DNA of 64,000 bases from positions 35,403,243 through 35,467,242 of the forward strand of contig NC_054743.1 in the NCBI RefSeq assembly GCF_018143015.1, read 5' to 3'. Below the pieces are notes generated by a model, which saw nothing but the letters and a program-made list of their open reading frames with translations, was not told where the DNA came from and did not search any database. Origin of the DNA: Lytechinus variegatus. Lineage: Eukaryota. Of this stretch, positions 23,064 to 36,427 are shown piece after piece (position 1 is the first letter of the stretch; every line of letters starts with the position of its first letter). Position numbers and translations under genes: made by a program.

Positions 23064-24364
23064 TTGCCTGCATATTGGAGAATTTATGAACCTACTGCAG
23101 GGTCGTAAAACTGGAAATGTTGTTTATATTTGGTGATCAAAATTACGTCTTCATCGGATTATCTTTAGTTTTAATTGCATTCAATGTATACGATTTAGGT
23201 GGATTTAGTAAGAATAAATTAATGTAGTCGAAACAACATGCAATGTGAAACCGAGCACCGAAGATCGAGAAACATAAATGTCATCAAACAGTTAAAGGGG
23301 GTACTCTGGTCAAATTCATTTCAGAAAAGAGTATTAAAAAAAATAGAAGATATAACTGTGCTAGTTTGCTTTGAAAAAATTACATGTGGTGTACGAAGTA
23401 TTTATAATGGTTCAGTCCAATTATTGGTGTAACGCTTTTTCCTTGCGGTTTTACAAAATTGCTCTAGAACTTACTTTACTAGATGAATGGCATTATTTTC
23501 ACCAATTGTATAATTTACAGAAATTACATCAAGAAGGGCGCTTCTTTTTGTTTTAAAGAAAGACTATATAAATAAATGAATAAATAAATAAATAGATAAA
23601 TGAATAAATTAATCAATTAATTGGTACTCTTAAATAATTCATCATGAAGTGTTAGACATGTGAGTGTAAAAAAGCGATCAACAGGCCTACAAAAATAAAT
23701 CAAATTATTTAAAAATCTATTCCTTACATTAATCATTGTGTAAACCTATCTATATAGAATTTGTAAATCTGTGAATTTTTATTTAATACATCTTCGCCGA
23801 AAGCGCTTCGGAGGAAAGATTATTCATGTAAAATAATTAAAATTGGGATTGTCTTTTTTTTCAAGCAATCTGCTTATGATGACAATCCTTCTCCTGCAAA
23901 TTGTGAACATCATATAGTTAATCATTTTTGTCTGCAATTATCTTTTTAGTAATCTTTATTTACAATTTATGCCAAAAATGCTAACATATTATGTTTATTA
24001 TGTTATGAAAAATGTATTATACAAATGTTATGGATGCAGAAGAAAACAATAAAGAAAAAATCAAGTTCCTCAAAAAGTTTTTTAGAGAGGAAAAATAACG
24101 TTTCGCTTGCTCGATTTCAGAGGAGACAACGCCCTTTAAACTTGCATTTAAATTAGCACACTGTGTCATGTTTGCAGATAAAACATGGTAACTAACCAAC
24201 CGATAATCATTCACGACGCAGAAGCCGCAAATTATTCAGGCCATGCCTGGTAGAATTGAAAATTATCTATACATCCACCGCAGCTATATACGGCGCGTAT
24301 ATCCCGTAATCATTTGCAACTAGTTCATCGTCCGTCCTTTAGCCCAATTTTTTTTTCTAATTTT

Positions 24365-24610
24365 CACTCGGGCTGTACCCATTGGCGGCGGAAGCCAAAA
24401 ATTTTAGGAGGGGACAACCAAAAAATTTTTGACAAGCAAAAAAAAAAAAAAAAGGTTCTCAACCCAAAAATTTTAGAGGGGACGTAGGAAAATAAATTGA
24501 CAAGCAAAAAAAAAAAGAAGAAAAAGAAAAAGTCATCAACAACAAATTTAGGGGGGCACGTCCCCCCGTCCCCCCCCCCGCTTCCGCCGCCTATGGCTGT
24601 ACCCATTTGG
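24365..24610. mobile_element. TIR element, GGCTGTACCCATTGGCGGCGGAAGC family
   Basis: ggctgtacccattggcggcggaagccaaaaattttaggaggggac...ggggggcacgtcccccc...gcttccgccgcctatggctgtaccca. A partial relative is at 18355-18450. Confidence 0.65.
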
Positions 24611-25954
24611 TCCTGATATTTAATTTCAATTTTATTTCTGGTTTTTTTTGGCAACATTTTTCATAAACAAAATCGAGACAAGAAAATGCTTATAAAAAAT
24701 CTGACATCAAGATAATGAGCAAATGATTTTGTATATAAATCATCAAATGTATCATACTTAAATAAACAATTTAAGTGGTATTAACTGATACACAATGAAT
24801 AAGATGGTTAAAAGGGTGGTCACAAAGCAATCTTGAAATTGTGACAACCCTTGAAAAGTGCTGTCACTTAGTGCCTTTTCACACGTGAATCTTGAATCAT
24901 CATTGTAATGATGATTGCTATTCGTCTTCAAAATCATCGGACCTTTCACACGGAAAATTCGTATCGTAATTTGAGTGAAACTTAACTGGAATTCCCCTCC
25001 GGAGAAGAACTTGAATTCGCGATTGTGATTAGTGTTCGTGATTCTCGTTTGGTTTCACACGTGCTAAGAATTCATCATTAACCTTATTTTTCACTGGAAT
25101 CATATCATTCAAATTATGATTATTTTACCGTGTGAAAGGGCGGCTGGTTTATGAACGAAATTTTTATTTAAAAAATTATGAATATATAGACGAAGCGGAC
25201 CCACTGGGCGAGCATTAGACAGAATGATCATTAGACTAAATGGATATTATTAGACCAAGTGAAGTGTAGACTAAACGACAATTAGACCAAAGCGATAGTA
25301 GACTGCATGAAATTAGCCTAATGGTAATAGACTATGGTAGACCAACTTCAGTGTAACCCAAGTGAATATTAATCTTGAACCGCGTCGAATTTTCTCATCT
25401 GGATATTGGAATGGCTTTACTGTTGTTATCAACGACACCGCTGTAGGGAGGAGAGGAACGGATTTAAAGGGGGGGAGGCTTGTCAGATAGAAAATCAAAA
25501 TAAGATGGCAATATGTACGTTTTTGCAGATATGTAGGATAGGAGGCGATGATTGATTGCATTTATTCTTTTCATTCCAAAATTTAACAAAAGTTACAATG
25601 TAAAGCATAACACAAAAATATCATATACAGAAATGAAAAAAAGGAACCCACTGGAAAGCAAAGCTTGTTAGTATCGGTTAGTATCGGTTCCCTACATAAA
25701 TAAATAGTTAAAGTATATCTTTGATCAATGAAATTCAATTCGTAAATTAAAAAGGTTTGTACAATGAAAAAGAATACCAGTGGGGTCAAGCTTTTTATGT
25801 TTACTCACTAAGTTACAATTAACAGAAAAAATGTTATATCGTGCCCCTGCTGTATAAAAAAAACCTGAGTTCTGGAGTGTGTGAACAGACAATCACTTGG
25901 TCAAGAGAGGACGAAAACTAAAAACAAAACAAAGACAATAACAAAAACGGCACA

Positions 25955-26090
25955 CACACAAACAAAAACAAAACAGAACAGGACAAGACAGCAAAAAAGG
26001 AAAAGAAACAAAATGGCAAACACACACACAAACAAAAACAAAACAGAACAGGACAAGACAGCAAAAAAAAGGAAAAGAAACAAAACACAC
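25955..26090. repeat. Tandem duplication (~67 bp x 2) within an A/AC-rich low-complexity block (25880-26230)
   Basis: acacacacaaacaaaaacaaaacagaacaggacaagacagcaaaaaa(aa)ggaaaagaaacaaaa occurs twice. The overlapping ORFs here are low-complexity artefacts. Confidence 0.8.
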
Positions 26091-27280
26091 CAAAAAACAT
26101 AGACGGACAGAAAGATTATAAAATCAATAGAACTAGACATAAAGATGATAGGAAGAGGGAGAGAAAAAAGAATTGTGAAAGGAGAGGGAGAAAAAGAAGA
26201 AGGAAGAAAGTAAGAAGGGAAGAAGAACAAAAGAGGTGGTAGCTGCTAACACAGAAATGTTTGAGTTCTGGGTTTATACTCAAGGATAAAAATTTTCTTT
26301 AACCCTCGACTGATACTTAAATGTGTTGGTTTGTTACGTAATGATTCTATAAGGGAGTTCCATAGTTTGATACCTGTAAAAATAAATGTTTTATTCAAGA
26401 GGATTGTTCTAGCTCTTGATGGATTTTTAGTAAACATGGAATAAAAAATATTTGGAAGTTAATTTTTATCTAAACTATACATGAGTTTTCCGAGATTGCA
26501 TCGATACAAGTCACCAATCTTCAAAATATTATATTTATAGAAAAGTTTGTCAGTCTGTGAACGAAAATCAGCATGACAAACATGACAAATAATACGAATG
26601 TACTTTTCTGCAAAAGTAAAATTCTGTTCAGGAGGCAGTCAGCACAATCAACACTGTTTGTTGATAATGCTGTTGTTTTTTCAGTATTTTTTTAAATTTT
26701 AGTTGCCATGAATGATGATCTGACCGATATTACTTTTTTACGAGCCAAACATATACCAGAACTCTTTACGTCTGAAAATATGCTCAAGACGCTTGAGATC
26801 AAATCAGAGAAAGAAAAAAATAAATGCAGGTTCGAATTCTAAACAAATTCATAAATAGAATGACTGTCAAAACGCTCTTACACATGCAGGTATGTTTTCA
26901 GGTTGCCCCTGAAAGTGCACAGGAACAAGGAAATGCATAAAAATACATTAGGAAAGAAAATTATATTGTTTACGTACTGTGAAGTTATGTAAATCTACCG
27001 TTTTACTTAAGTGTGCAAAGTGGTAAAAATCAACGGGGGCCCCTATTTCTCACAGTGTAGCATAGTTTCTTTCATATTACCAGGGTCGGTTGAAACATTT
27101 TACCTCTTTCTTTCTATGACGTATTTGTCCTTCGTTGATTTGTACCACTACCCGCTATGAACAATACCCATAATCATGGACAAAACCTCTACATGATAAT
27201 TATTTCCTTCGTAATGTCAATTTTCCTTCTAACTATTTCGTAAATGATGTCCACTTCACTAATGAGACATAATCACATCA

Positions 27281-27575
27281 GGGGCGGATCCGAGATATTC
27301 CAAGGGGGGAGGGGCATTTTTGTTGAGAAAAATTTGGACAAGTGCCCCCCCCCCAAAAAAAAAAAGGGTCTTCACTCTAGGATGATGGTGATTTATGTCA
27401 CGAAAATTACGAAGCCCCCCCCAAAAAAAAAAAGTCTCCACTTGCGTATATGCACGACATTTCCCATTAAAAATGTTTGTATGCAGGGGCGGATCCAGGA
27501 TTTTCCAATTTGAAATTTGACAAGCAAAAAAAAAAAAGGGAAAGTCCTCACTTTCAAAGGGGAGTGGCACACTTG
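27281..27575. mobile_element. Two adjacent partial copies of the CAGGGGCGGATCC family
   Basis: caggggcggatccgagatattccaaggggggaggggcatttttgttgag... and tgcaggggcggatccaggattttccaatttgaaatttgacaagc... Both carry C10/A10 homopolymers. Confidence 0.5.
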
Positions 27576-28145
27576 AGTAAAAACGGTAGATTTACATTAC
27601 AAAGTTTGATCGAAGCACCCCGAGGGATGTTAATGAGTGTAATTTTACTCATTTACGCACTTTTTAGCGTGCAAAGATGAAGCACGCAATAAAGGTGTCA
27701 ATTCAAACCTTTCTTAACGTCTAAACTTATCAACTTTAAAAAAGGTGAAAATTGCACTTTTTAGGGCGCAAATGGTTATAAAAAGTGATTTTTTAAAAAA
27801 CCTTTTCCACTTAAAGTGCAAGATTACACCCCAGAATGTATTTCATTCAGGGTGCAAAATTTCTTAGTGTATTTTTATTTCATGTACAAAAGTAAAAATG
27901 CATCATTGTATAAGAAGATTGGTCCTTTCTTTGGTTAAAATGACTAAGTCACTTACAGACAGTGACTTAATATGGACAAAATATAAACAAAGACACAGTT
28001 TTCTCATAACATGATGATAAATCTACTAAAAAATAGAAATGAAACGAAATGTCACGTGCTAAGCCGAATGCACAAATAGTAAAGGGGCTAAATGGGTGTA
28101 ATGCCGAACACCATTTGATTTGTGCCAATCTAAGTACACACCCAA

Positions 28146-28195
28146 ATAAATTACAGTGATGATAACCAGTTATAATATAACTGGTTATCATCACT
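28146..28195. repeat. Perfect hairpin palindrome (19-bp arms)
   Basis: gtgatgataaccagttata at ataactggttatcatcac. The motif recurs as ggtgataaccggttataac at 294-312. Confidence 0.6.
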
Positions 28196-29184
28196 TTAAT
28201 TTGAAAGCCTATATTTTAAAGCTTGGGTCATGTATGTTTTCATAAATTCAAACATTGATCATACGTAATAAATGAAACGATAACGTATTTCGTGATTACA
28301 AGAAACGCTATACCCCGACTTTCACTCGTCCTGAGCTGCCCGACGTTTCATCATAAATTTGCGCTTGTTTCTAACAACTTAGCCACCGATTGATCAACCA
28401 CTGAATATAAAACACGTCCACGATCAAACGGAGCTCAATTTGAATTGAACTAAGAATATAAAAGTATCGGATACATAATATTATTCACTTTATTGTAAAA
28501 TTTTAACATATTTCCACCAATTAACATAATAAACATTCAATATGTAATGAACAAGATGAAGAACATACAAAAGAGTACTCATCAACCACTAAAAATATTA
28601 TTATCCATTATTTCATTTTCATTTAAATAGTCCTAGTACAGTTCACTTTCAGATTGCAAACCATTTAAAAAAGACAAAAAGACGTTTGACCTTACCGTTA
28701 AATATTTTGTGACTCTTTTATCCAATAAACTGCGATACAACAGAAGACATGACTATTTTTTTGAACTTCAAGAGATTCCTTATAAAAGATCCCCGATGAT
28801 GCACTAAGATCCCAAATGAAATTCGCGAAAAAATTTCCAACAATATGACCATCTATAACAATGGTCCAATAATATCTCCGAAGCTGGGAAAATGGCGTTG
28901 AATAAAATGCATAAAATGGAACCGCAAAGCTTGCATAAAATCACAAAATGGTTGAGATTATTGGCCGCGGGCAAAGGTAACTTAATCTTCGCGGCTTAAA
29001 TGCGGAGACAAAAAAAATCCTGATATATTGCTATCACATGTTTTATTTTGGTCAGAACGTGTCGCAGAGAGTCATAGACGGACAACTTTAATCAAAGAGG
29101 GCGCTAGACCTAATTATAGGTGTTACGAAAGTTAAACTCTGAAGTTGACTTGAAGTGACTAACTGGATTCCAATATAGGAACTG

Positions 29185-29345
29185 TTATTCCCCCCCCTCC
29201 CTCCGGGTGGAAAGATAGCTCCTCCAAGTTGACCCCCCCCCCCGAAAAATTATGAAAAGAAAGAAGATTTTTTAAGGGTAGAGTATCCGCCCTTGCCCCA
29301 CATTTTCTTTGCTCTCTACTAGCTTCCACCCCCCCCCCTCCGCTA
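29185..29345. mobile_element. Short TIR element with poly-C termini
   Basis: ttcccccccctccctccgggtggaaag...gcttccacccccccccctccgc. The inverted terminal similarity is imperfect. Confidence 0.35.
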
Positions 29346-30229
29346 AAATATCCGTGTGCCGCTACTTTATACACACAATATATTGATTGTAATTTCATTC
29401 ATTCTCGGTATCCTTCGCCGAGATGTAAAATTGTAAAAAATGTATTGTAAAGGTTTTCCCCTCCAAAACGGATGAATGGTTGAAAATCCAAATTTTCTGG
29501 GGGCTTATCAGGCCTCCACACGACAAAACATCCTTTATGAGATTTCAAAGCAACTCGGACGATAATCAAACAAATCCCAGGCTAATGTGTGCTCCTGAGG
29601 GCATGAAGATGATATTGTGGTTAGATTTTTTTTGAAGCATTTAAAAAAAAATCTCATTTATCATACCTTTTGTCAATGTTCCAGCTTTCTTTTGCATGCT
29701 GCTTTTCGAACTTCCCTAGTCTCTTCAATATTTCCATTTCTCTTTGTTTGAAAAAAAAAAACATCAAAAGTATTTAAAGGTTAAAAGTTTCCCGGATTTC
29801 AGATATAAATCTCAAAGATTACTGAAAAGTGTATGGAAACCCATTTCGATCCCACGCGAACGTGACAGGATGCTACATATTTCATAGCTAGTTTGTGCAG
29901 GCCTTCAGAACTTCAAAAGGTTTGATAAATATCCGTCTGTGATTAATTGATCAACCTCTGTTGACGACATCGCCCACCGTCGCCGCCGCTTCCGTCGGAC
30001 AAGCAGACAAAGAATGAAATGGGGGAGTCGTCCAGGATGCCCATCCCTACACATGGAAGATGTTTTTAATAGAAAAATATATGTACAAAAAGTATGGATT
30101 CCTACATTTCTTGAAAAGAGGCATCCATGATAAAGATGAGTGTTCTCCTCTTCTATCTTTTCTTACTTTCTTTTCCCATTTTCTAACCCTTAACTTTTCA
30201 ATTCCGTTCACATCCTCTCTCCTTCCCCC

Positions 30230-30545
30230 ACCTCTCTCCCTCTCCCACACACATCCACTCTCTCCCTCTCTCACACACACACACACACAACCTCTCACAT
30301 ATTCACTCCCTCTCTCTCTCACACACACACACACACTCTCACACATCCACTCTCTCTCTCTCACACACACACAAACACATCCTCTCTCTCTCTTACACAC
30401 ACACACACACATCCACTCTCTCTCTTACACACACACACACACACATCCACTCTCTCTCTCTCTCACACACACACACATCCTCTCATACATCCACTCTCAC
30501 ACACACACACACACATCCTCTCACATATCCACTCTCTCACCCTCC
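30230..30545. repeat. Compound microsatellite (CT)n(CA)n
   Basis: ctctctctcacacacacacaca...atccactctctctctc repeated. The ORFs 30047-30412 and 30060-30590 are low-complexity artefacts. Confidence 0.9.
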
Positions 30546-30772
30546 CATTTATTTCTCACTCTCCCTTGTTATTTTTTCTTTTTCTTTTAAAATATCACAA
30601 CACACCCACCTATGCGCACCAAACCCACCCTATTTCCAATAGTGTATGCTTGTCAAAACACTATACAGATGGAAAGATAATCACTATATAATCCATACTA
30701 TAAGAAAATAAAGTCATTTGGAGTAATCAAAATTAGCAATTAATTTGTAATAGATATCTTCCATGCATGGCC

Positions 30773-30886
30773 CCTTTCACAATTGGTGGTGCGACTGCTT
30801 ACACCTGTTTCGACTGTGTACAACATATATTGTTTTCAAATGATTGTAAACAATCGCACAAGCAATTTGGAAAGCCCTTTAATATA
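30773..30886. mobile_element. Short palindromic repeat (CCCTTTCACAATTGGTG...TTGGAAAGCCC); paralog at 9163-9246
   Basis: ggcccctttcacaattggtggtgcgactg...caacatatattg...aatcgcacaagcaatttggaaagccc versus cctttcacaattggtgttgcgattgtgcgcaacatatatcg...atcgcacgagttattgtgaaagcccc. Confidence 0.55.
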
Positions 30887-31710
30887 AGGTATTAAAGATG
30901 ACATTAAAATAGTTCTTCCTAGTCGCAAATACTGTACAATTTTTTTAACAGGAAACGACATGTATGTTTTCTGTTGAGTATCCTGTCTTTGAAAATGATT
31001 TTTTTTTCACGTTTCATCAAAATAAAAATCCTTCAGTCAAACACAATTGAGCCCATCAAGTATCCCCAAAAAACAAACTAAAACATATATTGACCTGTAA
31101 GCTGATAACAATTCATTTAATATGTACAACTGCTTTACATCTTACAAATATCTTACAACGCTATCATCTTCAACGTACCATCCCCGTGTTATCAATAGCT
31201 ATATTGCACCTTTGTTGAAAATAAACTACACAACTTCTTTCCTCTTCATAAAGATACCAACGGACCCAAAGGTGATAGTGAGATCTCATTGGCCAAGGCT
31301 GTACATTCCAGTCGCTACTTGCTCAAGATATCCTGACATTGCTGCAACAAATATCCTGACTCACGAACTGATCAAAGCTTTATATCTGAACAAATAAATA
31401 TGTAGATAGATGAAAACATATTACACAAGTAACAGTAAGATAATCACTCTCAGAAGAATGGCTTGGGATGAACTTTTTTTTCTCTGTACATGTATATCAA
31501 TCAATAGTAAAACTCTAGAATCATTTCATTTCAATATTTTGACGTAAAACAAAGACCATAAAAGCATATTTTTTGTGCTAATTAAGGGGCTGTTATACCT
31601 GTACACTTTCCTAAATGTCTAGAAATTAAAATCATATCTCTTTATAACACTCCTGGAATATCCATCGCAAACCATTTTATTAAGGACTTTGCAACACTTG
31701 CTAGCAAATG

Positions 31711-32100
31711 CTAGTTTTGGTAACGATATCAAAATGAGTTTGTACAGAATCCAATGAAATGACCACCAAAGTGTCTGTTTGTATAAATAAAACGTGTGTG
31801 CCAAAGGATTCTGGTAAAATTGTGTAATTGCTGAGAAATCAGCAAATAAGCACAGGATTCGGGTAGAGCGTCGGGCCCGACATTCAAAGCAATAATTATA
31901 CACTGTCCCACGTGCGCTTATCTGTGTTGGGGATCTTCGGTGTGAACATTTTTCAGCGTAGATTTCAAGATTTCACAAAGTTCAGTTTATGTAACTGTAC
32001 CAGATCTAGATCCTCGATGATATACTGACAATTAAGCCATGTTTTACAGACTTTCTCATGAAATCAGTGATTACTGCAACTACTGGAATTTCTCTTTAAC
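31711..32100 (+). repeat. Dispersed repeat, R family copy 1
   Basis: ~88% identical to 47801-48188 and partially to 34262-34470 (ctagttttggtaacgat.tcaaaatg...gtgccaaaggattctgg.a.aattgtgtaattgctgagaaat...acactgtccca..tgcgc.tatctgtgttgg...cagcgtagatttcaagatttcacaaagttcagtttatgtaactgtaccagatctagatcctcgatgata). Confidence 0.7.
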
Positions 32101-33519
32101 CTTTATCATGAATCCGGATGAAACATGGAATTTCACAGAAGCATTGACTGAAGTCTTTTTTTGGTTTGGACATAGAATTGGCAAAACTTGTGAACCTAGT
32201 ATCAAACATACCCTCAGTGTATGCAGCCAAGCCACTCGTAGAAAAACAAGTGTTTTTGTTTGCTTTTACGTGCTACATATTTTTTTTCAGTGACTTCAAA
32301 CATAACATTTCCTTTCATGAAAGCACGGATTGAAGCCCTTCTCCTAGTTTACTCTGAATTTAGTATTAGCAGAACTCATGTGAACAGTACTGAATATGAC
32401 AATAATAAAATCGAAATGGCTGATCTCTATTTAAAGGGGAATGAAACCCTTGGAACAAGTTAGCTTGTGCGGAAACAGAAAATTCGAAGAATAAGATCAA
32501 AGAAATTTTGAGAAAAATTGAATAAATAATGAGAAAGTTGTGAGCGTTTGAATATTGCGGTAACTTATGCTGTGGAGATCCTTCGATTGGCAATGGGATA
32601 GAGATGCATGAGGTCACATGTGAACAACTTTCCCTTTGGTGGACTATAAAATATCCCCCAAAATGTCTCTTTTGCTCTTTCATATTGTTCAACAAACTCC
32701 TTCAACCATAACGTATTCTTTAAAAATCTTTATTACATGCCCTCCTATAGAAAGAATACAGATCTACTGATACATGTGATACAAGAGGCAGTTCAAGTAA
32801 AATATATACAAAAGTAATTGGAAAGTTGTTCACGTGTGACATCACACATCTTTGTCGCATTGCCAATTGGAGGATCTACATTACAATAATGATCTAAACT
32901 TGAATGCTCATAAATTTCTAATTATCTATTCACTTTTTTTCTCAAACTTAAGTTGATCTCTTTCTTTGATTTTTCTGTTTTCACACAGGCTATTGTGTTT
33001 CAAAGGTTTAATTTTCCTTTAAGTAACAAGATTTATTTGTGATGGTTCTCCAGTTCCTCATCAATGTTTCATTCATTACAAATATCTTTATTTAGTTATT
33101 ATTATCGCTGACATATATAGTAAAATATGATATGATAAATCTTCTCTATACAAACATAAAACTTGGAATACACACGGGGGAGGGGGAATGGCACTGCCTT
33201 TGAAAGATGTAACCCATTCTCATAAATAAAAGCACATACAAAATTTTGTTTTCATGTCGGGTGATGTACATGTGTCCAGTTTAAAGGGTAACAAAATTGC
33301 CACGGCAACAAGAGAGTATACTTTTCATCAGCCTTGTGCGCAGGGTAAGTGGAAATTGTATAGATTCCATCTTATCATGAAAATAGAATATTTGAAAGAT
33401 TACATGTATTCAGGGTTCAGGGGAAACATTACTAAATACACATGTACTCAATCTGAGCTCAAAGCAAAATTACTTGTCTAGGATCCTTTTCTGAGATGCA
33501 ATGTTAGATGATTGTCTAT

Positions 33520-34060
33520 AAGCATAGAAATAGCAGTGCCACCCCCCCTCCCTCCTTGAATTTTTCCGCGTACATTCGTAATCCCAAAGCTTCGTTATTC
33601 CGAAGGTTCGGATATTCCGAAGGTTCGGATATTCCTGAGGTTCGTATTTCCGAACGTTCGTAATTCCAAAGGTTCGTTAGTCTGAAAATGAAGTAGGGTT
33701 CGTAATGTCGAGGGTTCGTTAGTCCGAAAACGAAATGAGGTTCGTAATTCTGAAGGTTCGTTAGTCCGAAAACGAAAAGAGGTTCGTAATTCTGAAGGTT
33801 CATTAGTCTGAAAACGAAATGATGAACGAACTTTATTTCGTTTTAGGACTAGCGAACCTTCAGAACAACAAACCTTATTTCGCTTTAGAATTAACGAACC
33901 TCCGGAACAACGAACCTTATTTCGCTTTAGCATTAACGAACCTCCGGAACATCGAACCTTCGGAATAACACCACAAATGTTCGGATTGACGAACCCTTTT
34001 ACGTTTTTGGATTAACGAACATCGAGGTATAGGCAATTTACGTGTTTCGGAATTACGAAG
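33520..34060. mobile_element. Foldback element whose arms are tandem ~20-30-bp subrepeats (GGTTCGTAATTCCGAA units)
   Basis: Left arm 33590-33830 is tandem aggttcg(t/g)a(a/t)ttccgaa(a)(cgaaatg) units. Right arm 33830-34030 is the same units reverse-complemented (gaaccttatttcgctttagaattaacgaacctccggaac...). The centre lies near 33830. Confidence 0.7.
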
Positions 34061-34261
34061 TGTAACCGAATTTTTCATACTACAATAGAAAGTATCCAGA
34101 GGATATAATGTATCTTCTCTTACTCATTGACATGGTGCTATAAAACAAAATTAGCGATATCGAACCAAGGATGCTATTAATGTACATATGGTCAAACCGT
34201 AACTCACCCTTCCTCATCTAAAAACAAGTTTCATCTATAAATTCACTCCTTAATCATGAAT

Positions 34262-34470
34262 GCCAGTTGTGATAATCTAAAAATGAGTTCGAATAGAATC
34301 ATATAAAATGACAACCAAAGTGTTTACGGTATGTAGGAATAAAAAAAAATGTGAAATTGCTGAGAAACTGTCAAAACAAGCATGACATTTCCAACCAGAT
34401 GTTTTGTCTTTTGCCAATCAAGAATAATACACTGCCCCACATGTGCTTATCTGTGTTGGCATTCTACAGT
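34262..34470 (+). repeat. Dispersed repeat, R family copy 3 (partial)
   Basis: gccagttgtgataatctaaaaatgagttcg...gtgaaattgctgagaaactg...aataatacactgccccacatgtgcttatctgtgttggc. Confidence 0.55.
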
Positions 34471-34899
34471 TAGATTAAGTTTCAGTTTAGGTGCCATGCA
34501 TCTTCTTAGAAACACCCAAGTCTTTCCCAAAGAATTTTCTTTGCTTTCTAAAAAAGAAAGAAAAAAAAACCCAGACGCAAAGTGATTCATCGACCCACAA
34601 TTCAGTGCCAGATAGTTGCGTAGATTTAAAACATCATCACTTGACTTCCATAAGCATTCAGATTTGCAACATTCTTGAACAAGACTGGCTATACTTTCCT
34701 TTTTTTTTCTCCAAGAACCCATATTCCTCTCTCATACATTTATGATTTTTTTAAAACAAAATAGAACCCTTTCTTCAAGATCATATGATCACAAACATTT
34801 CTGAGTACTTCTTGGCTTGTACAGTTCAATACAAATCTTGGCATGCTGAGGTGTGGCAGAATGGAGACCTGGTCCTGGACCGGGTCCTGGTCCTATAGC

Positions 34900-35013
34900 T
34901 CATTGCTCATGCTTTCTCTTGGTCTTCTTAGGGTTCCTGGACCTACTCTTGGCCTTGCACAGAGGACAGATGGGAGCATTTCTGTGGATCTGCTGGTGGC
35001 ACGACAGACAGTT
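34900..35013 (-). CDS. ZC4H2: ZC4H2-like protein, coding exon 5 (terminal): [37 protein letters not shown]
   Basis: Acceptor cctctctctctttctag| is at 35014-35030 on the minus strand. The reading frame is phase 0 with exon 4. Stop TGA is at 34900-34902. The C-x2-C-x10-C-P-x-C-K motif and the basic tail match the C4H2 zinc-finger C-terminus of vertebrate ZC4H2 (...[41 protein letters not shown]...) as I recall it. Confidence 0.8.
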   Translation of the reverse strand, partial: NCLSCHQQIHRNAPICPLCKAKSRSRNPKKTKRKHEQ

Positions 35014-35698
35014 CTAGAAAGAGAGAGAGGAAAAAAATGAATGATGGCCGATACATCCACCTTTAAACCCTGGTATTTACAAGCATATTATTAACATTAC
35101 AGATGCTAACAGAGTATGAAATAAACTCATATTGAAGTTGAGCAAACTGATTCAAATCAGGTAGAAATGAATTAATGGAATTTAATGTTCATTCATTTCA
35201 GGAAAATGTCTACTAATACAGTAGGGCAGATTGGTTACTTAAGACATCATTAATCCATGAATTACACAGCTTTCAAAATGCCAAATAAATCTTCTTTTGG
35301 CTTCTTAAATTGGCAAAAACTCATGAATTTTCAATATATTTTCATATTTTTAAAGAAACAAAATACTTAAAAAAGAACAGATACAAGAGGACCCTTTGCA
35401 TGAAGCATAAAACTTTTGCTTTTGCCTGAGTTTTTTTATGGCAAAAGTTTTTGCAATGGGTCACAGATGTAGAGATTTATGATCAATGAATTAATTTATT
35501 GAAAAGTTGCCTATTTGTATTTTTAAGTAGAGATTTAATTGTTTCATTGCATTGCCAAAAAAATGCTATTTTACAGGCAACTTTATACTCAATGATCCAA
35601 TATACCATGAGTAAATATAAATATTTCATTTTGATCACAGAATGCGTACGTATATGAGCTAACTTGTTGCAAGGGTTTGATACAGAGGACAATCCTAC

Positions 35699-35903
35699 CT
35701 TCATGGGTGGTGGTTGCTGTTTGAAAGGGGGTGGAGGAGGAGGAAGGGGGCCGTTCATCTCCTTGGTGTGGCTGGTTCCTGGCATCTGAAGGGGTGTAGG
35801 GTGTTCCAGAGGTACGGGTAGGGGGCATGAAGTCGGGGTGAGGGGCGACGGGGGATCCCTCTTCTCTGTGTCGTGCCACTCTGCTCTTCTCTTCCTCAGG
35901 AGC
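35699..35903 (-). CDS. ZC4H2: ZC4H2-like protein, coding exon 4: (E)LLRKRRAEWHDTEKRDPPSPLTPTSCPLPVPLEHPTPLQMPGTSHTKEMNGPLPPPPPPFKQQPPPMK
   Basis: Acceptor ttgctgttacag|G and donor ATGAAG|gtagga. The exon begins with 1 nt (phase 1), completing GA|G from exon 3. The Pro-rich segment ending QQPPPMK directly precedes the zinc finger, as in vertebrate ZC4H2. The alternative overlapping frame (ORF 35589-35963) is not supported by splice phase. Confidence 0.75.
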
Positions 35904-36427
35904 CTGTAACAGCAAATGACGCATTTTACGATTGAAATTTCCACTCATTTCATTATTCAACAAACTACAAATTTACCGAGTCAATTTTTTGACAAATTCT
36001 CTGATCATCTTATTCACCTGTAAATATTGTAATTTGGTGTTCTCTTCATTATCTGTTAGTTGCATCTGCTTCAAAAGATTACATGATGCATTTACTTCTT
36101 TATTATACACACACAAATAAAAGGTCAATAATAATATGATAAATGATACCATGAAGCCATTAAAGTTGAGTTAAATATGTAGCATAAATACAAAGATACA
36201 ATGATATAAAAAAGAAGTATATGGTATCAATATGATTAAACTCTGTGAAAATAGAGAGGTCCATTTTTAAAGTGTCATACATTAGATATGCTCTTTTACA
36301 GTTCAATGAGGTTTTGCCTGTTCAGGGGTGGCCTAAGGGTAATTTGAAGGGGGGGGGGGATGGCCAAGTTAGCCTAAAAGTTGCATCATCCTTATGCCTC
36401 AGCCCATAATAGGTGATTGTCAGAGGC

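Noticed and set aside
35589-35963. An alternative 124-aa reading frame overlapping ZC4H2-like exon 4.
   Set aside because: It is only open by chance across the GC/Pro-rich exon. Its frame is incompatible with the splice phases that join exons 3, 4 and 5, whereas the other frame (…PPPPPPFKQQPPPMK) chains perfectly into the zinc-finger exon.
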